A stretch of DNA of 64,000 bases, from positions 6,510-70,509 of the forward strand of contig CAZTWE010000001.1 in assembly GCA_964617165.1 (NCBI GenBank), in the 5' to 3' direction. Within the stretch, counting starts at the first letter, position 1, and every line of letters begins with the position of its first letter. Source of the DNA: an uncultured Ruminococcus sp. (GTDB lineage: Bacteria; Bacillota; Clostridia; Oscillospirales; CAG-272). The translations under genes were made by a program, and so were the position numbers. Below, one piece after another: positions 9,169-18,868 of the stretch. The notes under the pieces were generated by a model. It had not been told where the DNA came from. It searched no databases and saw nothing but the letters and a program-made list of their open reading frames with translations.

Positions 9169-11076
9169 TTACTTTACCTCTTTCATCTCATCGGACTCCT
9201 CGGCGGTCTTATTGACCTCCTCGGGAGAATGAAAAGTGGGTATCACCTTTTTCATGGTTTCGGTTATGGTCGCGGAAGCTATCTTGCCCTCTTCGGCTTC
9301 GACTACTTCGCGCAAAATACGGAGCTTTTCTTCAACCTCTTCTCTTGTAAGAGGCTTATCCTTTTCAATGAAGATAAGGTCATTATCGGTCTTTTGCAGC
9401 TCCTCTGTCTTTATGAGCAGCTCCTCATAAAGCTTTTCACCCGGACGCAATCCGATCTCAACGATATCAATATCAATGTGCGGCTTGAAGCCGGAAAGAC
9501 GGATCATATTCTCCGCAAGATCGTATATCTTTACGGGCTTGCCCATATCCAGAACGAACAGCTCTCCGCATTCCGCCATGGCACCTGCCTGCATAACAAG
9601 TCCGGAGGCTTCGGGAATAGTCATGAAATAGCGGATTATACGTTTATCCGTAATTGTGATGGGACCGCCTGCCGCTATCTGTGCATTGAACAGCGGAATT
9701 ACCGAGCCGTTTGAGCCGAGAACGTTACCGAATCTTACTGCGCTGAATGCTGTCTTGCTATCGGTTCTGCACTGGATAACCATTTCGCACATTCTCTTCG
9801 ATGCGCCCATGACGTTCGTAGGATTTACCGCCTTATCGCTCGAAACAAGAATAAACTTTTTAACACCGTATTTTTCAGCCATATCGGCAGTGTTATATGT
9901 ACCGATAACGTTATTCTTTATTGCCTCGCAGTTGCTGTGCTCCATTAGCGGAACGTGTTTATGTGCCGCTGCATGGAAAACGATCTCGGGACGGTAGTGA
10001 TCGAAGGTGGCATTCAGCCTTGCCCTGTCACGCACCGAGCCTATTTCTACCGAAAGATCAAGCGATGCACCGTACTTACGCACAAGCTCCTGCTGTATCT
10101 CGTATGCGTTATTTTCGTATATGTCAAATATTACAAGCTTCCTCGGAGAGCATTTTGCTATCTGACGGCAAAGCTCGCTGCCGATAGATCCGCCGCCACC
10201 CGTTACAAGAACTACCTTGTCACGATAGAATTCCGCAGTGGAAGAATCGGTCACCTTTATGGTATTTCTGAAAAGCAGATCCTCTATTTTGAATTCTCTT
10301 ATCAGCTTTGCCCCGACGGAGGTAACGGAATCCGCATGGCGGGAGAAATCATAAAGCTTTACCTTGTACTCACCCTGATTGTAATAATTGAAAAGCTCCT
10401 TTGCTCTCTCACCGTCAAGCTGGGGGATCGCTATAAATATTTCCTGCACGGGGAAAGAAGAAAATTTTTCAAAAATGCCCTCGTCCTGCGCATACACGGG
10501 AAGCCCCGCAACCTTACTCCCAACCTTCCCCTCATCTACGTCAACAAAGCAAACCGGACGGTAATGCGAGCCCTTGTAGGAAAGCAGCTCTTCCGCAAGA
10601 AGCGAGCCGACTGTGCCTGCACCGACTATGGCTACGGTTATTTTCTTATCCTTTTGCTCGGAGTGCTGCATAGAGCTGCGCTTGTACTGTTGCTGATATA
10701 AGAATCGGGAGAAGAGCGTACCGAGGCAAAATATAGCAACCGTAGCAATGCTTTTCCAACCGCCGATAGATGTATACTTCGAAAGCAAGAGCGAAATACC
10801 AAGTCCGACAGCGCCGCCCACGGCATCCGCGAGCACCATTTCAAGATACGCTTTGGTATTTGCATATCTCCACACGTTCAGATAAATTCCGAAGCATATT
10901 CTGGATATAAAAATGCATACCGCAAATATGGGGAAGCTTAGTAAATACTTCGTGATCTCATTCGTGTTATCTCCCGAAATCAGCGACAACAGGTAGGAAA
11001 CCAAAAACGCTCCCGCGAGTATGCCGAGATCTATCATCATGAGCAAAAATTTTCTCTTATGCTTAAACTGTACCAT
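9169..11076 (-). CDS. membrane-anchored UDP-GlcNAc 4,6-dehydratase (CapD/PglF/EpsC family)
   Basis: N-terminal TM helices, two Rossmann regions (VAIVGAGTVGS; VLVTGGGGSIGSELCRQI), and SDKAVNPTNVMGASKR catalytic region. Confidence 0.9.
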   Translation of the reverse strand: MVQFKHKRKFLLMMIDLGILAGAFLVSYLLSLISGDNTNEITKYLLSFPIFAVCIFISRICFGIYLNVWRYANTKAYLEMVLADAVGGAVGLGISLLLSKYTSIGGWKSIATVAIFCLGTLFSRFLYQQQYKRSSMQHSEQKDKKITVAIVGAGTVGSLLAEELLSYKGSHYRPVCFVDVDEGKVGSKVAGLPVYAQDEGIFEKFSSFPVQEIFIAIPQLDGERAKELFNYYNQGEYKVKLYDFSRHADSVTSVGAKLIREFKIEDLLFRNTIKVTDSSTAEFYRDKVVLVTGGGGSIGSELCRQIAKCSPRKLVIFDIYENNAYEIQQELVRKYGASLDLSVEIGSVRDRARLNATFDHYRPEIVFHAAAHKHVPLMEHSNCEAIKNNVIGTYNTADMAEKYGVKKFILVSSDKAVNPTNVMGASKRMCEMVIQCRTDSKTAFSAVRFGNVLGSNGSVIPLFNAQIAAGGPITITDKRIIRYFMTIPEASGLVMQAGAMAECGELFVLDMGKPVKIYDLAENMIRLSGFKPHIDIDIVEIGLRPGEKLYEELLIKTEELQKTDNDLIFIEKDKPLTREEVEEKLRILREVVEAEEGKIASATITETMKKVIPTFHSPEEVNKTAEESDEMKEVK

Positions 11077-11109
11077 TTAAATCTCCTTTTGCCACATAGT
11101 AACCTTTAT

Positions 11110-12276
11110 TTAAAGCTCCAACTGCTTCAGGTGAGCTTGTATAAACATCTTATCTTCATCCGTAACGTTGCTTGTTGCTCTGAGTTCTGCAACGGAGCGT
11201 TTTCTGCTCTGTTTTGAAAAGATCAGCCTGCACCATCTTTTAACCTCGTAAAAGGGCAAAAGCCACCGCCTGCCGTTGAGCGAGGGGTAATAGAACCTCA
11301 GATCATCATAGGGCAACCATATACGCGATATGGCATATCTGAACTTACCGCCGCGCTTGGACTGCTGTATAACAACGTAATTTTCGCGGTTGCCATAAAC
11401 ACCGCCGCCGAGTATAAGCCGCTCCATTTGCTGCGTCAGGTCGGTATGCTCAGCATCTGAAAACCATACACGGGCAAGGTGCAACGCACTTTTGGCAAAT
11501 GTCGAAAGACCGCCTCGCGAGAGTAAGCTCTCGCGCTCGCGAAGAATATCCGCATCCTCCGTATCAAGCAGGATAAGATCGGCAAGGGGCCGTATTCCGC
11601 AGCCACCGTGCATATAATGCTTCGCCATGTGCGCTGTGTGATAATAATAAAACATGCTGTCCGAAAGGCGGCAGTGATACTCGCTGCCCCCAATGGGCTC
11701 CGCGTATTGCCACACGTTTTTAAGCACCTCGTCGAACGCTGCAAACTCATCCTCTTCAATGAGCGAGTAATGAAGCTCAAAATGAACTCCGCTCGGAGAG
11801 ATCATTCCTATATCGTGCGAGTTTACTTTTCCTGCCTCGTATTCAAGCTTGCTGACAATGATATTCTTAGCACGCTCCAGGTCCACTTCGCGCACAAGAA
11901 TGTCTATATCGCAGCTTGTTCTCATCCAAGGCTCCGGATAATAGCTGCGCATGACTGAGCCTTTCAAGGGAATAAACTGTATCCCCGCCTCCTCAAGCAC
12001 CGAGCAAAGCGATCTGAACTCATGAGCGAACTGAGCATATCGGAACGTAGCAAGCAGCTTTTGTATTTTCAGCTTTTTTGCGTACTCACTGTCAAAAGTG
12101 AGCTCTGCATGCTCCAATGCCGATGCTACAAGATGCGCCATATCATGCTTTTTAGAAAGCGAATAAAGCTTTTCGACGTCGTCTGTGCCGATGCTGTCGC
12201 GAAGCTCCGCGGATATTGGCTTACCGCATATTTCGCTCTTTATGAGCTGCATGAGAAAAAGGGTTGTACGCTCCAT
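11110..12276 (-). CDS. uncharacterised nucleotidyltransferase-fold protein (NTP_transf_5-like)
   Basis: PLKGSVMRSYYPEPWMRTSCDIDILV motif of the polymerase-beta NTase fold. Start set to ATG 12276 (MERTTLF) with AGGAGG upstream; the track start at 12468 runs into the upstream gene. Confidence 0.6.
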   Translation of the reverse strand: MERTTLFLMQLIKSEICGKPISAELRDSIGTDDVEKLYSLSKKHDMAHLVASALEHAELTFDSEYAKKLKIQKLLATFRYAQFAHEFRSLCSVLEEAGIQFIPLKGSVMRSYYPEPWMRTSCDIDILVREVDLERAKNIIVSKLEYEAGKVNSHDIGMISPSGVHFELHYSLIEEDEFAAFDEVLKNVWQYAEPIGGSEYHCRLSDSMFYYYHTAHMAKHYMHGGCGIRPLADLILLDTEDADILRERESLLSRGGLSTFAKSALHLARVWFSDAEHTDLTQQMERLILGGGVYGNRENYVVIQQSKRGGKFRYAISRIWLPYDDLRFYYPSLNGRRWLLPFYEVKRWCRLIFSKQSRKRSVAELRATSNVTDEDKMFIQAHLKQLEL

Positions 12277-12298
12277 TCGCTCCTCCTGTAAGTTTAGT

Positions 12299-13378
12299 TT
12301 ATTCGTTGCCGCAATAGAATACCTTATACCATTCGGCAAAGCGGCGAAGTCCCTCGCGAAGCGGAGTCGCGGGCTTAAAGCCGAAATCGCGCAGCAATGC
12401 GGAGGTATCCGCATAAGTAACGGGCACGTCTCCCGCCTGCATAGGCACAAGACGGCGGTGCGCCTCAAAATCGTAATCCTCGGGAAGAACGCCTGCTCTC
12501 ACAAGCTCCTCACAAAGAATATTGACAAAATCCAAAAGATTTTCGGGGTTGCTGTTGCCTATATTATATACACGGTATGGGGGTACGGGCAATCCGTCCT
12601 CACCAACGGCGTGCTCGGGAGCGCATCTCATAATACGCTTAACTCCCTCGACTATATCGTCAACGTACGTGAAATCTCTCTTGCAATTACCGTAGTTGAA
12701 TATATCTATTACGTCACCGCGTATGAGCTTATTTGTAAAGCCGAAATACGCCATGTCGGGTCTGCCGGCAGGACCGTAGACGGTGAAGAAGCGCAATCCC
12801 GTTGTCGGAATATCGTAAAGCTTTGAGTACGCATGAGCAAAAAGCTCGTTGGACTTTTTCGTTGCCGCGTAGAGCGACACGGGATTGTCCACCTTATCAT
12901 CCGTAGAATACGGGATCTTTTTGTTTGAGCCGTAGACCGACGAGCTTGAAGCATATACAAGATGCGACACGGGGTAGCGTCTGCACGCTTCAAGTATATT
13001 GTAGAAGCCTATAATATTAGCCTCTATATATGCATCGGGATTGGTTATAGAATAGCGCACGCCCGCCTGAGCCGCAAGGTTTACAACGATCTTAGGGCGG
13101 TATTCCGAGAATACTCTCTCTATCTCAGCCTTATCCGCTATATTAGCACGAACGAACGTCCACCCGGAGCCTGTTTTTACCGAAGCAAGCTCCTCAATCT
13201 TTTGGAGTCGGTACTCTTTTATGGAAACGTCATAATACTCGTTCATATTATCCATACCGATAATATGTATATTATCAACCGTTGACAGCAGCTCTGTCAC
13301 AAGATTTGCACCGACGAAGCCTGCCGCACCTGTAACAAGTACAGTGCTGCCCGAAAGCTTAACGTTTGGAGTCAGCAT
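12299..13378 (-). CDS. NAD-dependent UDP-glucuronate 4-epimerase-like SDR
   Basis: VLVTGAAGFVGANL Rossmann motif, MDNMNEYYD, YAATKKSNE (YxxxK), RFFTVYGPAGRPDMAYF; typical of the Cap1J/GAE-type subfamily. Confidence 0.75.
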   Translation of the reverse strand: MLTPNVKLSGSTVLVTGAAGFVGANLVTELLSTVDNIHIIGMDNMNEYYDVSIKEYRLQKIEELASVKTGSGWTFVRANIADKAEIERVFSEYRPKIVVNLAAQAGVRYSITNPDAYIEANIIGFYNILEACRRYPVSHLVYASSSSVYGSNKKIPYSTDDKVDNPVSLYAATKKSNELFAHAYSKLYDIPTTGLRFFTVYGPAGRPDMAYFGFTNKLIRGDVIDIFNYGNCKRDFTYVDDIVEGVKRIMRCAPEHAVGEDGLPVPPYRVYNIGNSNPENLLDFVNILCEELVRAGVLPEDYDFEAHRRLVPMQAGDVPVTYADTSALLRDFGFKPATPLREGLRRFAEWYKVFYCGNE

Positions 13379-14112
13379 ACCGTGATCCCCCTGTAATTTT
13401 TCTTTACCTCTTCGTAGCTTTCAAGATTACCTATATCATAACGCTTGCCGGGCATCTGCATCGCATGAACGGCAGTTACGCCGCACAGCCATGCGATATA
13501 GCTTCCGGGGGCATCCGTGCCGCAGCCTGCGGCAATGCCGCAGCCGACGCGCTTAGCATCTTCCTTAGTATAATAATAGAAAGGCGGGCAGCACCAATGC
13601 GATTCGGGCACAGCGGGCTTTTCTACCATTTTTACGATGAGGTCGTTCTCGTCTGTAGTGAGTACACCGCACTTGGTAAGCTTCTTTTCGCTTTCCTCGT
13701 AATATCTCATTACGGCAGACGTGTTCTTTTCCTTAGCGTAGGAAATAAATTTTGTGAGACTGAAATCAAGAACGTTATCTCCTGCAATAACGAGCATATC
13801 ATCGTCAAGCGCGAGCTTATCAATGGCAAACTGCACGTCACGCACAGCGCCGAGGCGCGTCTCATTGCTATCCGTTCCGTCGTCAACGACGGTTATTTTA
13901 TACGGCTTTGTCGCAGCCCATGCATCGAAATGATGCGCAAACTTATGATTGGATATAACGACAAATTCATCGACCTCGCCCGACTCGTTTATATCGTCCA
14001 GAAGCCAATCCAGTATAGTCTTATCTCCTACTTTAAGCAACGGCTTAGGGAAATTCTCCGTCAGCGGATAGAGCCTTGTTGCATACCCTGCCGCCAGTAT
14101 CAAGCATTTCAT
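13372..14112 (-). CDS. sugar-1-phosphate nucleotidyltransferase
   Basis: N-terminal LILAAGYATRLYPLTENFPKPLLKV signature. It overlaps the neighbouring genes by 4 and 7 nt. Confidence 0.8.
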   Translation of the reverse strand: MKCLILAAGYATRLYPLTENFPKPLLKVGDKTILDWLLDDINESGEVDEFVVISNHKFAHHFDAWAATKPYKITVVDDGTDSNETRLGAVRDVQFAIDKLALDDDMLVIAGDNVLDFSLTKFISYAKEKNTSAVMRYYEESEKKLTKCGVLTTDENDLIVKMVEKPAVPESHWCCPPFYYYTKEDAKRVGCGIAAGCGTDAPGSYIAWLCGVTAVHAMQMPGKRYDIGNLESYEEVKKNYRGITVC

Positions 14113-15320
14113 TTAATGTCGTCCTCCTCGTCAAATATATCGCTCTCACCGAGATGCACACCGTCCGAGCTGTCGCATATATATGCGGAATATTTACCGC
14201 GAAGCTCAGGGAATTCCTTGAGATATTCGCGCTCCACGCGCTCCTTTATACTGTCCTCATAAGAGGGATCTATAATAGCCATACAGCAGCCCTTGAAGCC
14301 TGCTCCCGAAAATCTTCCGCCGTATATACCGTCGGTGGTAAGCATTATCTCATAGAGCTTTTTCAGCTCGGGAGAGCCTGTCTGCCAGTTATATATAGAC
14401 GAGCGTCCACTCTCGAAGCTGAGCCTGCCAAACTCCTCTATATCACCGCGCCGCCAAGCCTCAGCACCGCGCTCGACTCTGTCAAACTCGGTGTACCAAT
14501 GCTCCGCTCTCTTGTAGAAGCTTTCGGGCAGTCTATGCCCATGCTCGCGGAACACCTCATACGGAACGTCACGCAGGTTTGTTTCGGCAAGCTTGCCGTA
14601 GGGCATCCCCGAAAAGGCTTTCAGCATATATGCCGCCGAGCGACATTCGTCAACGCGCATATTGAACGCTGAGCCTGCAAGCGAACGCTCCACGCCAGAG
14701 AAGAATATAGCAAACTTATAAGGCTTCATTTTGGGGCTTGTAGGAATAAGCTCAAAGCTATCGTCAAGCAGATCCATATACAGAAGATGATCGCGCTTGC
14801 AATAGATCTCGCAGCTCTGATCGAGCTTTCCGCATGCCACGCCTACGTACCTGTTCTCCGCCTCCTGCGATATTTCTATAAGCTCCTTTGCGGTAAGCGA
14901 AATGTTATTCAACCTGCACAGCGCGGAAATAAAGGTTATTATAACCGCCGCCGATGAGGACAAGCCGCCGATCGGCAGCTCACCGTCAACCACCGCGCAA
15001 AGTCCGACTCTCAGCGGATAACGCCTGTTCAGCGCCTGCGTTGCACCGCGCAAATGATCCGCCCAGTCGCCCTCCCGCACGGGCGGCACCGACGAAACAT
15101 GCCACTGCGCCCTCTTCGGGAACTGCATTGAGGATATTTCCACAACACCGTTCATCTTCGCCCCGTAGGCAATATATATTCCCTTGTCAATCGCGAAGCC
15201 CGTGATCTTTCCGAGCTGATGGTCGCTGTGCGCCCCTATCGGACAGATGCGGTACGGCGTAAACGCCACACCCATCGGCTCACGCTTGTAGATTTCATGA
15301 AAATATTTGTTATGATTCAT
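14109..15320 (-). CDS. GHMP-family sugar-1-kinase (galactokinase-like, non-canonical signature)
   Basis: GHMP ATP motif PIGGLSSSAAV. The galactokinase-signature position reads YRICPIGAHSDHQLG instead of GEHxDY. Confidence 0.75.
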   Translation of the reverse strand: MNHNKYFHEIYKREPMGVAFTPYRICPIGAHSDHQLGKITGFAIDKGIYIAYGAKMNGVVEISSMQFPKRAQWHVSSVPPVREGDWADHLRGATQALNRRYPLRVGLCAVVDGELPIGGLSSSAAVIITFISALCRLNNISLTAKELIEISQEAENRYVGVACGKLDQSCEIYCKRDHLLYMDLLDDSFELIPTSPKMKPYKFAIFFSGVERSLAGSAFNMRVDECRSAAYMLKAFSGMPYGKLAETNLRDVPYEVFREHGHRLPESFYKRAEHWYTEFDRVERGAEAWRRGDIEEFGRLSFESGRSSIYNWQTGSPELKKLYEIMLTTDGIYGGRFSGAGFKGCCMAIIDPSYEDSIKERVEREYLKEFPELRGKYSAYICDSSDGVHLGESDIFDEEDDIK

Positions 15321-15894
15321 TTAGATACTCCGTTGTTACTTTTATTCCAAGTTTGCGAACCGTTATCGCTGATTTTCTTTGCAGGAACACCGGCTACTGC
15401 TATACCAGCTTCTAAAACGTCTTTGTTTACGACTGCATTTGCACCGATTGCAACATTGTCCGCAACATGAATACCACCAACTAAAACTGCACCAACACCG
15501 ATAATCACATTGTTCCCAAGGATCGGTGCTTCATTAGTTCTTCCGCCTGCAACCAGCGCTGTATTCATGTGTATAATACACAATTTTCGCCAACCTTCGA
15601 TTTATAATTTATCAAAATCGGACCTACATGCATAATTCTTAATCCCTTTTCACAAACATTTAAAGGAATATGCAAGGAATATTTATTAGACATCTTCATC
15701 AGTCTAATTCTAAATATGAGCGCTCGAAGCTTTTTATTGGTATTAAGATAGTATTCGGAGTTGCGTAAAAGCCACAAATATTTTCTAATAATATCTCTCT
15801 CGCCAATCTGCAAATGATATGTTATAAAATTAAATTTATAACGAGAAAGCTCTAAATCGAGATAATCTCTTAACTGTGCTTTTGTTTTTATCAT
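15317..15894 (-). pseudogene. frameshifted hexapeptide-repeat O-acetyltransferase (WcaB/CysE-like)
   Basis: The N-terminal part (15565..15894, ends ...VGENCVLYT*) and the left-handed beta-helix part (15317..15583, ...NTALVAGGRTNEAPILGNNVIIGVGAVLVGGIHVADNVAIGANAVV...) lie in different frames. The break maps to the GAAAATTG stretch (T4 run at plus 15584-15587). Confidence 0.7.
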
Positions 15895-16001
15895 TAAATT
15901 TCTCCTAACTGCAAAAATAAAATTCCCGTACTCTTTCTACAAAACTGTTCCCATCCGGCTCACGATTGTAATTCTCATAGAATATTCTTTAAGTCCTATT
16001 T

Positions 16002-16187
16002 CTAATGCACTATCTTTCCTTTTATCAGCTTTGACAGCATATTTTGAATAACGCATGCCAAAATCGCAAATCCCAATGCAAAAATATAACTCACAAAAGC
16101 ATTTGTGTTTAAATTTTCTTTCGATATTATGTTAATGGGAATTATATGCCACAAAAACAGCCACAATGAATTCTTAGATACCCACAC
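16002..16187 (-). pseudogene. C-terminal remnant of a membrane acyltransferase (acyltransferase-3-like)
   Basis: 61-aa hydrophobic ORF with SLWLFLWHIIPI, resembling the conserved C-terminal LWH motif of about 340-aa O-acyltransferases. There is no room for the missing N-terminal about 280 aa. Confidence 0.4.
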
Positions 16188-16207
16188 ATTTAATTCTATA
16201 TAGCTGT

Positions 16208-17674
16208 TTATTTAGATCTTTGCGAAAATATGCGAGAGAGGAACGGTATTTGCGATAACTGTTTTCTTCCGTTTGGGAAAGCCATAAAGCAAATGGTATA
16301 AATAACTATGCATATAAATATCGAAAGCACTTGCCATAGTATGTTATCGGATATTTGAAGCATCAAAAATCCGAATGTTCCCATTACAACAGCCGACAAC
16401 AATGAGGGGAGTGTGTTATTTAAAACATCTATAAATCTTATCTTCATTGAAATCTGTGATATCGTAGACGTTATTATAATCAGAATAACCGCTGAAATGG
16501 TATTACAAATAGTTACCGCAGCATAATCAATCGAAGCACCGTAGTACAATACCGGAATTAAAACGACAAGATACAGCGATTGAGCAAGCATGGATAATTT
16601 GGGTTTTCCTCTGCTTCTGAAAACCTCACTATTTAAATAACTGTATACTATCAACAACGCCTGAACCAATGAGCGCATTCCTAAAAACAGAGACGTCTCA
16701 GACCATTGATTTCCCAATAATATTTTTGTAACCAATTCATGATATACAAACATGCCGACTCCCAAAGGAATTAGCAACATGGCAAGAAAACATTGAAATT
16801 TAAAAAATACATTTTGAAATTCAACTTCATTATCCTGAACCCTGGACAATGCGGAAAACATAACAGGGATTGCCGATTGCTGTATGATGCCGAAATAACT
16901 TGATACTGTTGTTATAGTTGTTTTATATAAACCTAAATAGTAAGAGCCAAGTAATGAAGCTAAAATTAAAGTTCCAATATTTGTGCTTAACCATATAGTA
17001 ATATTCTCAGCAATTGTCCATACGCTGAATGATAGCATTGCTTTTAATTCTTTAAAGTTATAGTTAAATCCCGGTTTCCATTTTGAAAGAAAAGTCAACG
17101 CAACGGCATTTACAACATCTTTAGCGAGAATTCCAATGACCAACGCCCAATAACTATGGAAGATAAAAGCAATAGGCACCGTCACAACCAACGGTATGAA
17201 TGAAACCACCATACGAATGGGAAACAGTCTCTTGAAATCGAAATCTCGCTTAAACCTAGCTAGCTGAATGCTGGAAAAAGCCAACAAGGGAATTTCCGCA
17301 CTTATTATTATGATAGCAAGTTCATGCCCCGCTGAGCCTACAAGTGATGCTATAGGTTTAACGAAAACGGCAATAACACCCCAAATCAAAAATGATAATA
17401 TGAGATTTGTCCAAAAAGCTACGTTTGTACTAAGATTGTATTCTTTCTCATTTTCAAATTCATGCTGAATTAAATATTTTTGAAAACCTGCATCAGTGAA
17501 AATCTCAGCAAAGGTTGTTACCATTGTAAGAGTAGCAACTACTCCGAATGCTTCCGGAACTAAAAGTCTTGCAAGAATAGCATTAGTTATTGGAGCAACT
17601 AATTTTGAAACGATTTCTGTTATCGTTGACCACTTTGTGGCCTGTCCAATTTTTTTATTCAATTCTTCGGACAA
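16208..17674 (-). CDS. wzx: Wzx-type oligosaccharide flippase (MOP superfamily)
   Basis: 488 aa, multi-pass membrane protein. N-terminus KWSTITEIVSKLVAPITNAILARLLVPEAFG is typical of polysaccharide-biosynthesis flippases. Confidence 0.85.
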   Translation of the reverse strand: MSEELNKKIGQATKWSTITEIVSKLVAPITNAILARLLVPEAFGVVATLTMVTTFAEIFTDAGFQKYLIQHEFENEKEYNLSTNVAFWTNLILSFLIWGVIAVFVKPIASLVGSAGHELAIIIISAEIPLLAFSSIQLARFKRDFDFKRLFPIRMVVSFIPLVVTVPIAFIFHSYWALVIGILAKDVVNAVALTFLSKWKPGFNYNFKELKAMLSFSVWTIAENITIWLSTNIGTLILASLLGSYYLGLYKTTITTVSSYFGIIQQSAIPVMFSALSRVQDNEVEFQNVFFKFQCFLAMLLIPLGVGMFVYHELVTKILLGNQWSETSLFLGMRSLVQALLIVYSYLNSEVFRSRGKPKLSMLAQSLYLVVLIPVLYYGASIDYAAVTICNTISAVILIIITSTISQISMKIRFIDVLNNTLPSLLSAVVMGTFGFLMLQISDNILWQVLSIFICIVIYTICFMAFPNGRKQLSQIPFLSRIFSQRSK

Positions 17675-17732
17675 ATTATCACCTCATTTCATATTAGCTT
17701 ACACCGCTTTGCCAGCTCGCCTTATGTATTAA

Positions 17733-18866
17733 CTACTTGTATATTCTGGAAACCCTATTTGATATATTACATAAAATCTCATAGCCGATAGTATCTATAG
17801 ATGAAGCGATATCATCGGCTGTGATTACTTGATCTCCGCTTCTTCCGATAAGGACAACCTCATCACCGAGTTTTACGTCAGGAATATCCGAAACATCAAT
17901 CATCATTTGATCCATGCATATACGTCCTAAAATTCCGGCTTTCTTTCCTTTTATAAGAACGTATCCCTTGTTTGACAAGGCTCTGCTGTAACCGTCTGCA
18001 TATCCGGTTGAGACCGTTGCGACAAGCATCTCGCTCTCAGCCTTAAATGTTCTTCCGTAGCCTATTGTGCTGTCAGCGGGAACGCGCTTTACCATTGTTA
18101 CAACGCTTTTCCATTCGAGTGCAGGACGAATTTCTTTCGGCAAAGATACATCTGATGACGGTTTGAGCCCGTACAATGAAATTCCAAGCCTGACAACGTT
18201 ATGAACAGACTTCGGAAGTCGTATTTGAGATAAGCCGCCAGCGGAGTTGAGACAATGAACATACTGTAAGTTCAAATGTGAAAGCTTACTTGCAACAACA
18301 CCGAAAATTTCGATTTGCTTCTCTGTAAATTCAAGATTTTCATCTGATGCGGAATCAGCCACAGCCAAATGAGTAAAAATACCGTTTAAATTGAATATTT
18401 TCGAATATTTTTCAACTATAGCTACAGTTTTATCAATGTCAGATGCATTCAAACCAATCCTGTTCATACCGGTATCTATAGCAAACTGACACTTTATTTT
18501 ACCGTTTGTTTTGTTTGTTTTGTGTGAAAGCTGCTCAGCATATTCCTCGGAAATCAACGTCTGCGTAAGATCATATTCTGACAAAGCTTCAAAACTCTCT
18601 GTCGGAGTATAACCAAGTATAAGAATTTCGCCTTTAACGTTTCCACGGCGCAGTCTTATTGCTTCTTCAACGTTGGAAACTGCAAAATAATCAATACCGA
18701 TGCTTTCCAATGCCTTTGCAACTTCGATATCCCCGTGACCGTATGCATTAGCTTTTACTACTGCTATAATATCCTTTGTATTTTCATATTTGCAAAAGAT
18801 TGAACAGTTTTGTTTTATTTGGTTTAAATCAATTTCACACCAAGATCTTTTTATACTATCCCACAT
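17733..18866 (-). CDS. alr: alanine racemase
   Basis: PLP-lysine motif AVVKANAYGHG, DTGMNRIGL, C-terminal beta-domain (GYGRTF ... GYADGY ... RICMDQ). The start ATG lies 2 nt after the ATP-grasp stop codon. Confidence 0.9.
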   Translation of the reverse strand: MWDSIKRSWCEIDLNQIKQNCSIFCKYENTKDIIAVVKANAYGHGDIEVAKALESIGIDYFAVSNVEEAIRLRRGNVKGEILILGYTPTESFEALSEYDLTQTLISEEYAEQLSHKTNKTNGKIKCQFAIDTGMNRIGLNASDIDKTVAIVEKYSKIFNLNGIFTHLAVADSASDENLEFTEKQIEIFGVVASKLSHLNLQYVHCLNSAGGLSQIRLPKSVHNVVRLGISLYGLKPSSDVSLPKEIRPALEWKSVVTMVKRVPADSTIGYGRTFKAESEMLVATVSTGYADGYSRALSNKGYVLIKGKKAGILGRICMDQMMIDVSDIPDVKLGDEVVLIGRSGDQVITADDIASSIDTIGYEILCNISNRVSRIYK

Positions 18867-18868
18867 TT

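Noticed and set aside
11110-12468. 452-aa version of the NTase-fold ORF (start 12468).
   Set aside because: The extra 64 codons overlap the 3' end of the epimerase gene and encode Cys/Arg-rich junk. ATG 12276 has an AGGAGG RBS in the 22-nt intergenic gap.
13366-14262. 298-aa plus-strand ORF. Similar long antisense ORFs occur at 9955..10701(+), 5015..5686(-), 52962..53684(-), 53784..54410(-), 60622..61251(-) and 12185..12826(+).
   Set aside because: All lie entirely opposite well-supported genes with clear family motifs. Their translations are Arg/Ser/Cys/Leu-rich with no recognisable domains, which is typical of shadow ORFs.
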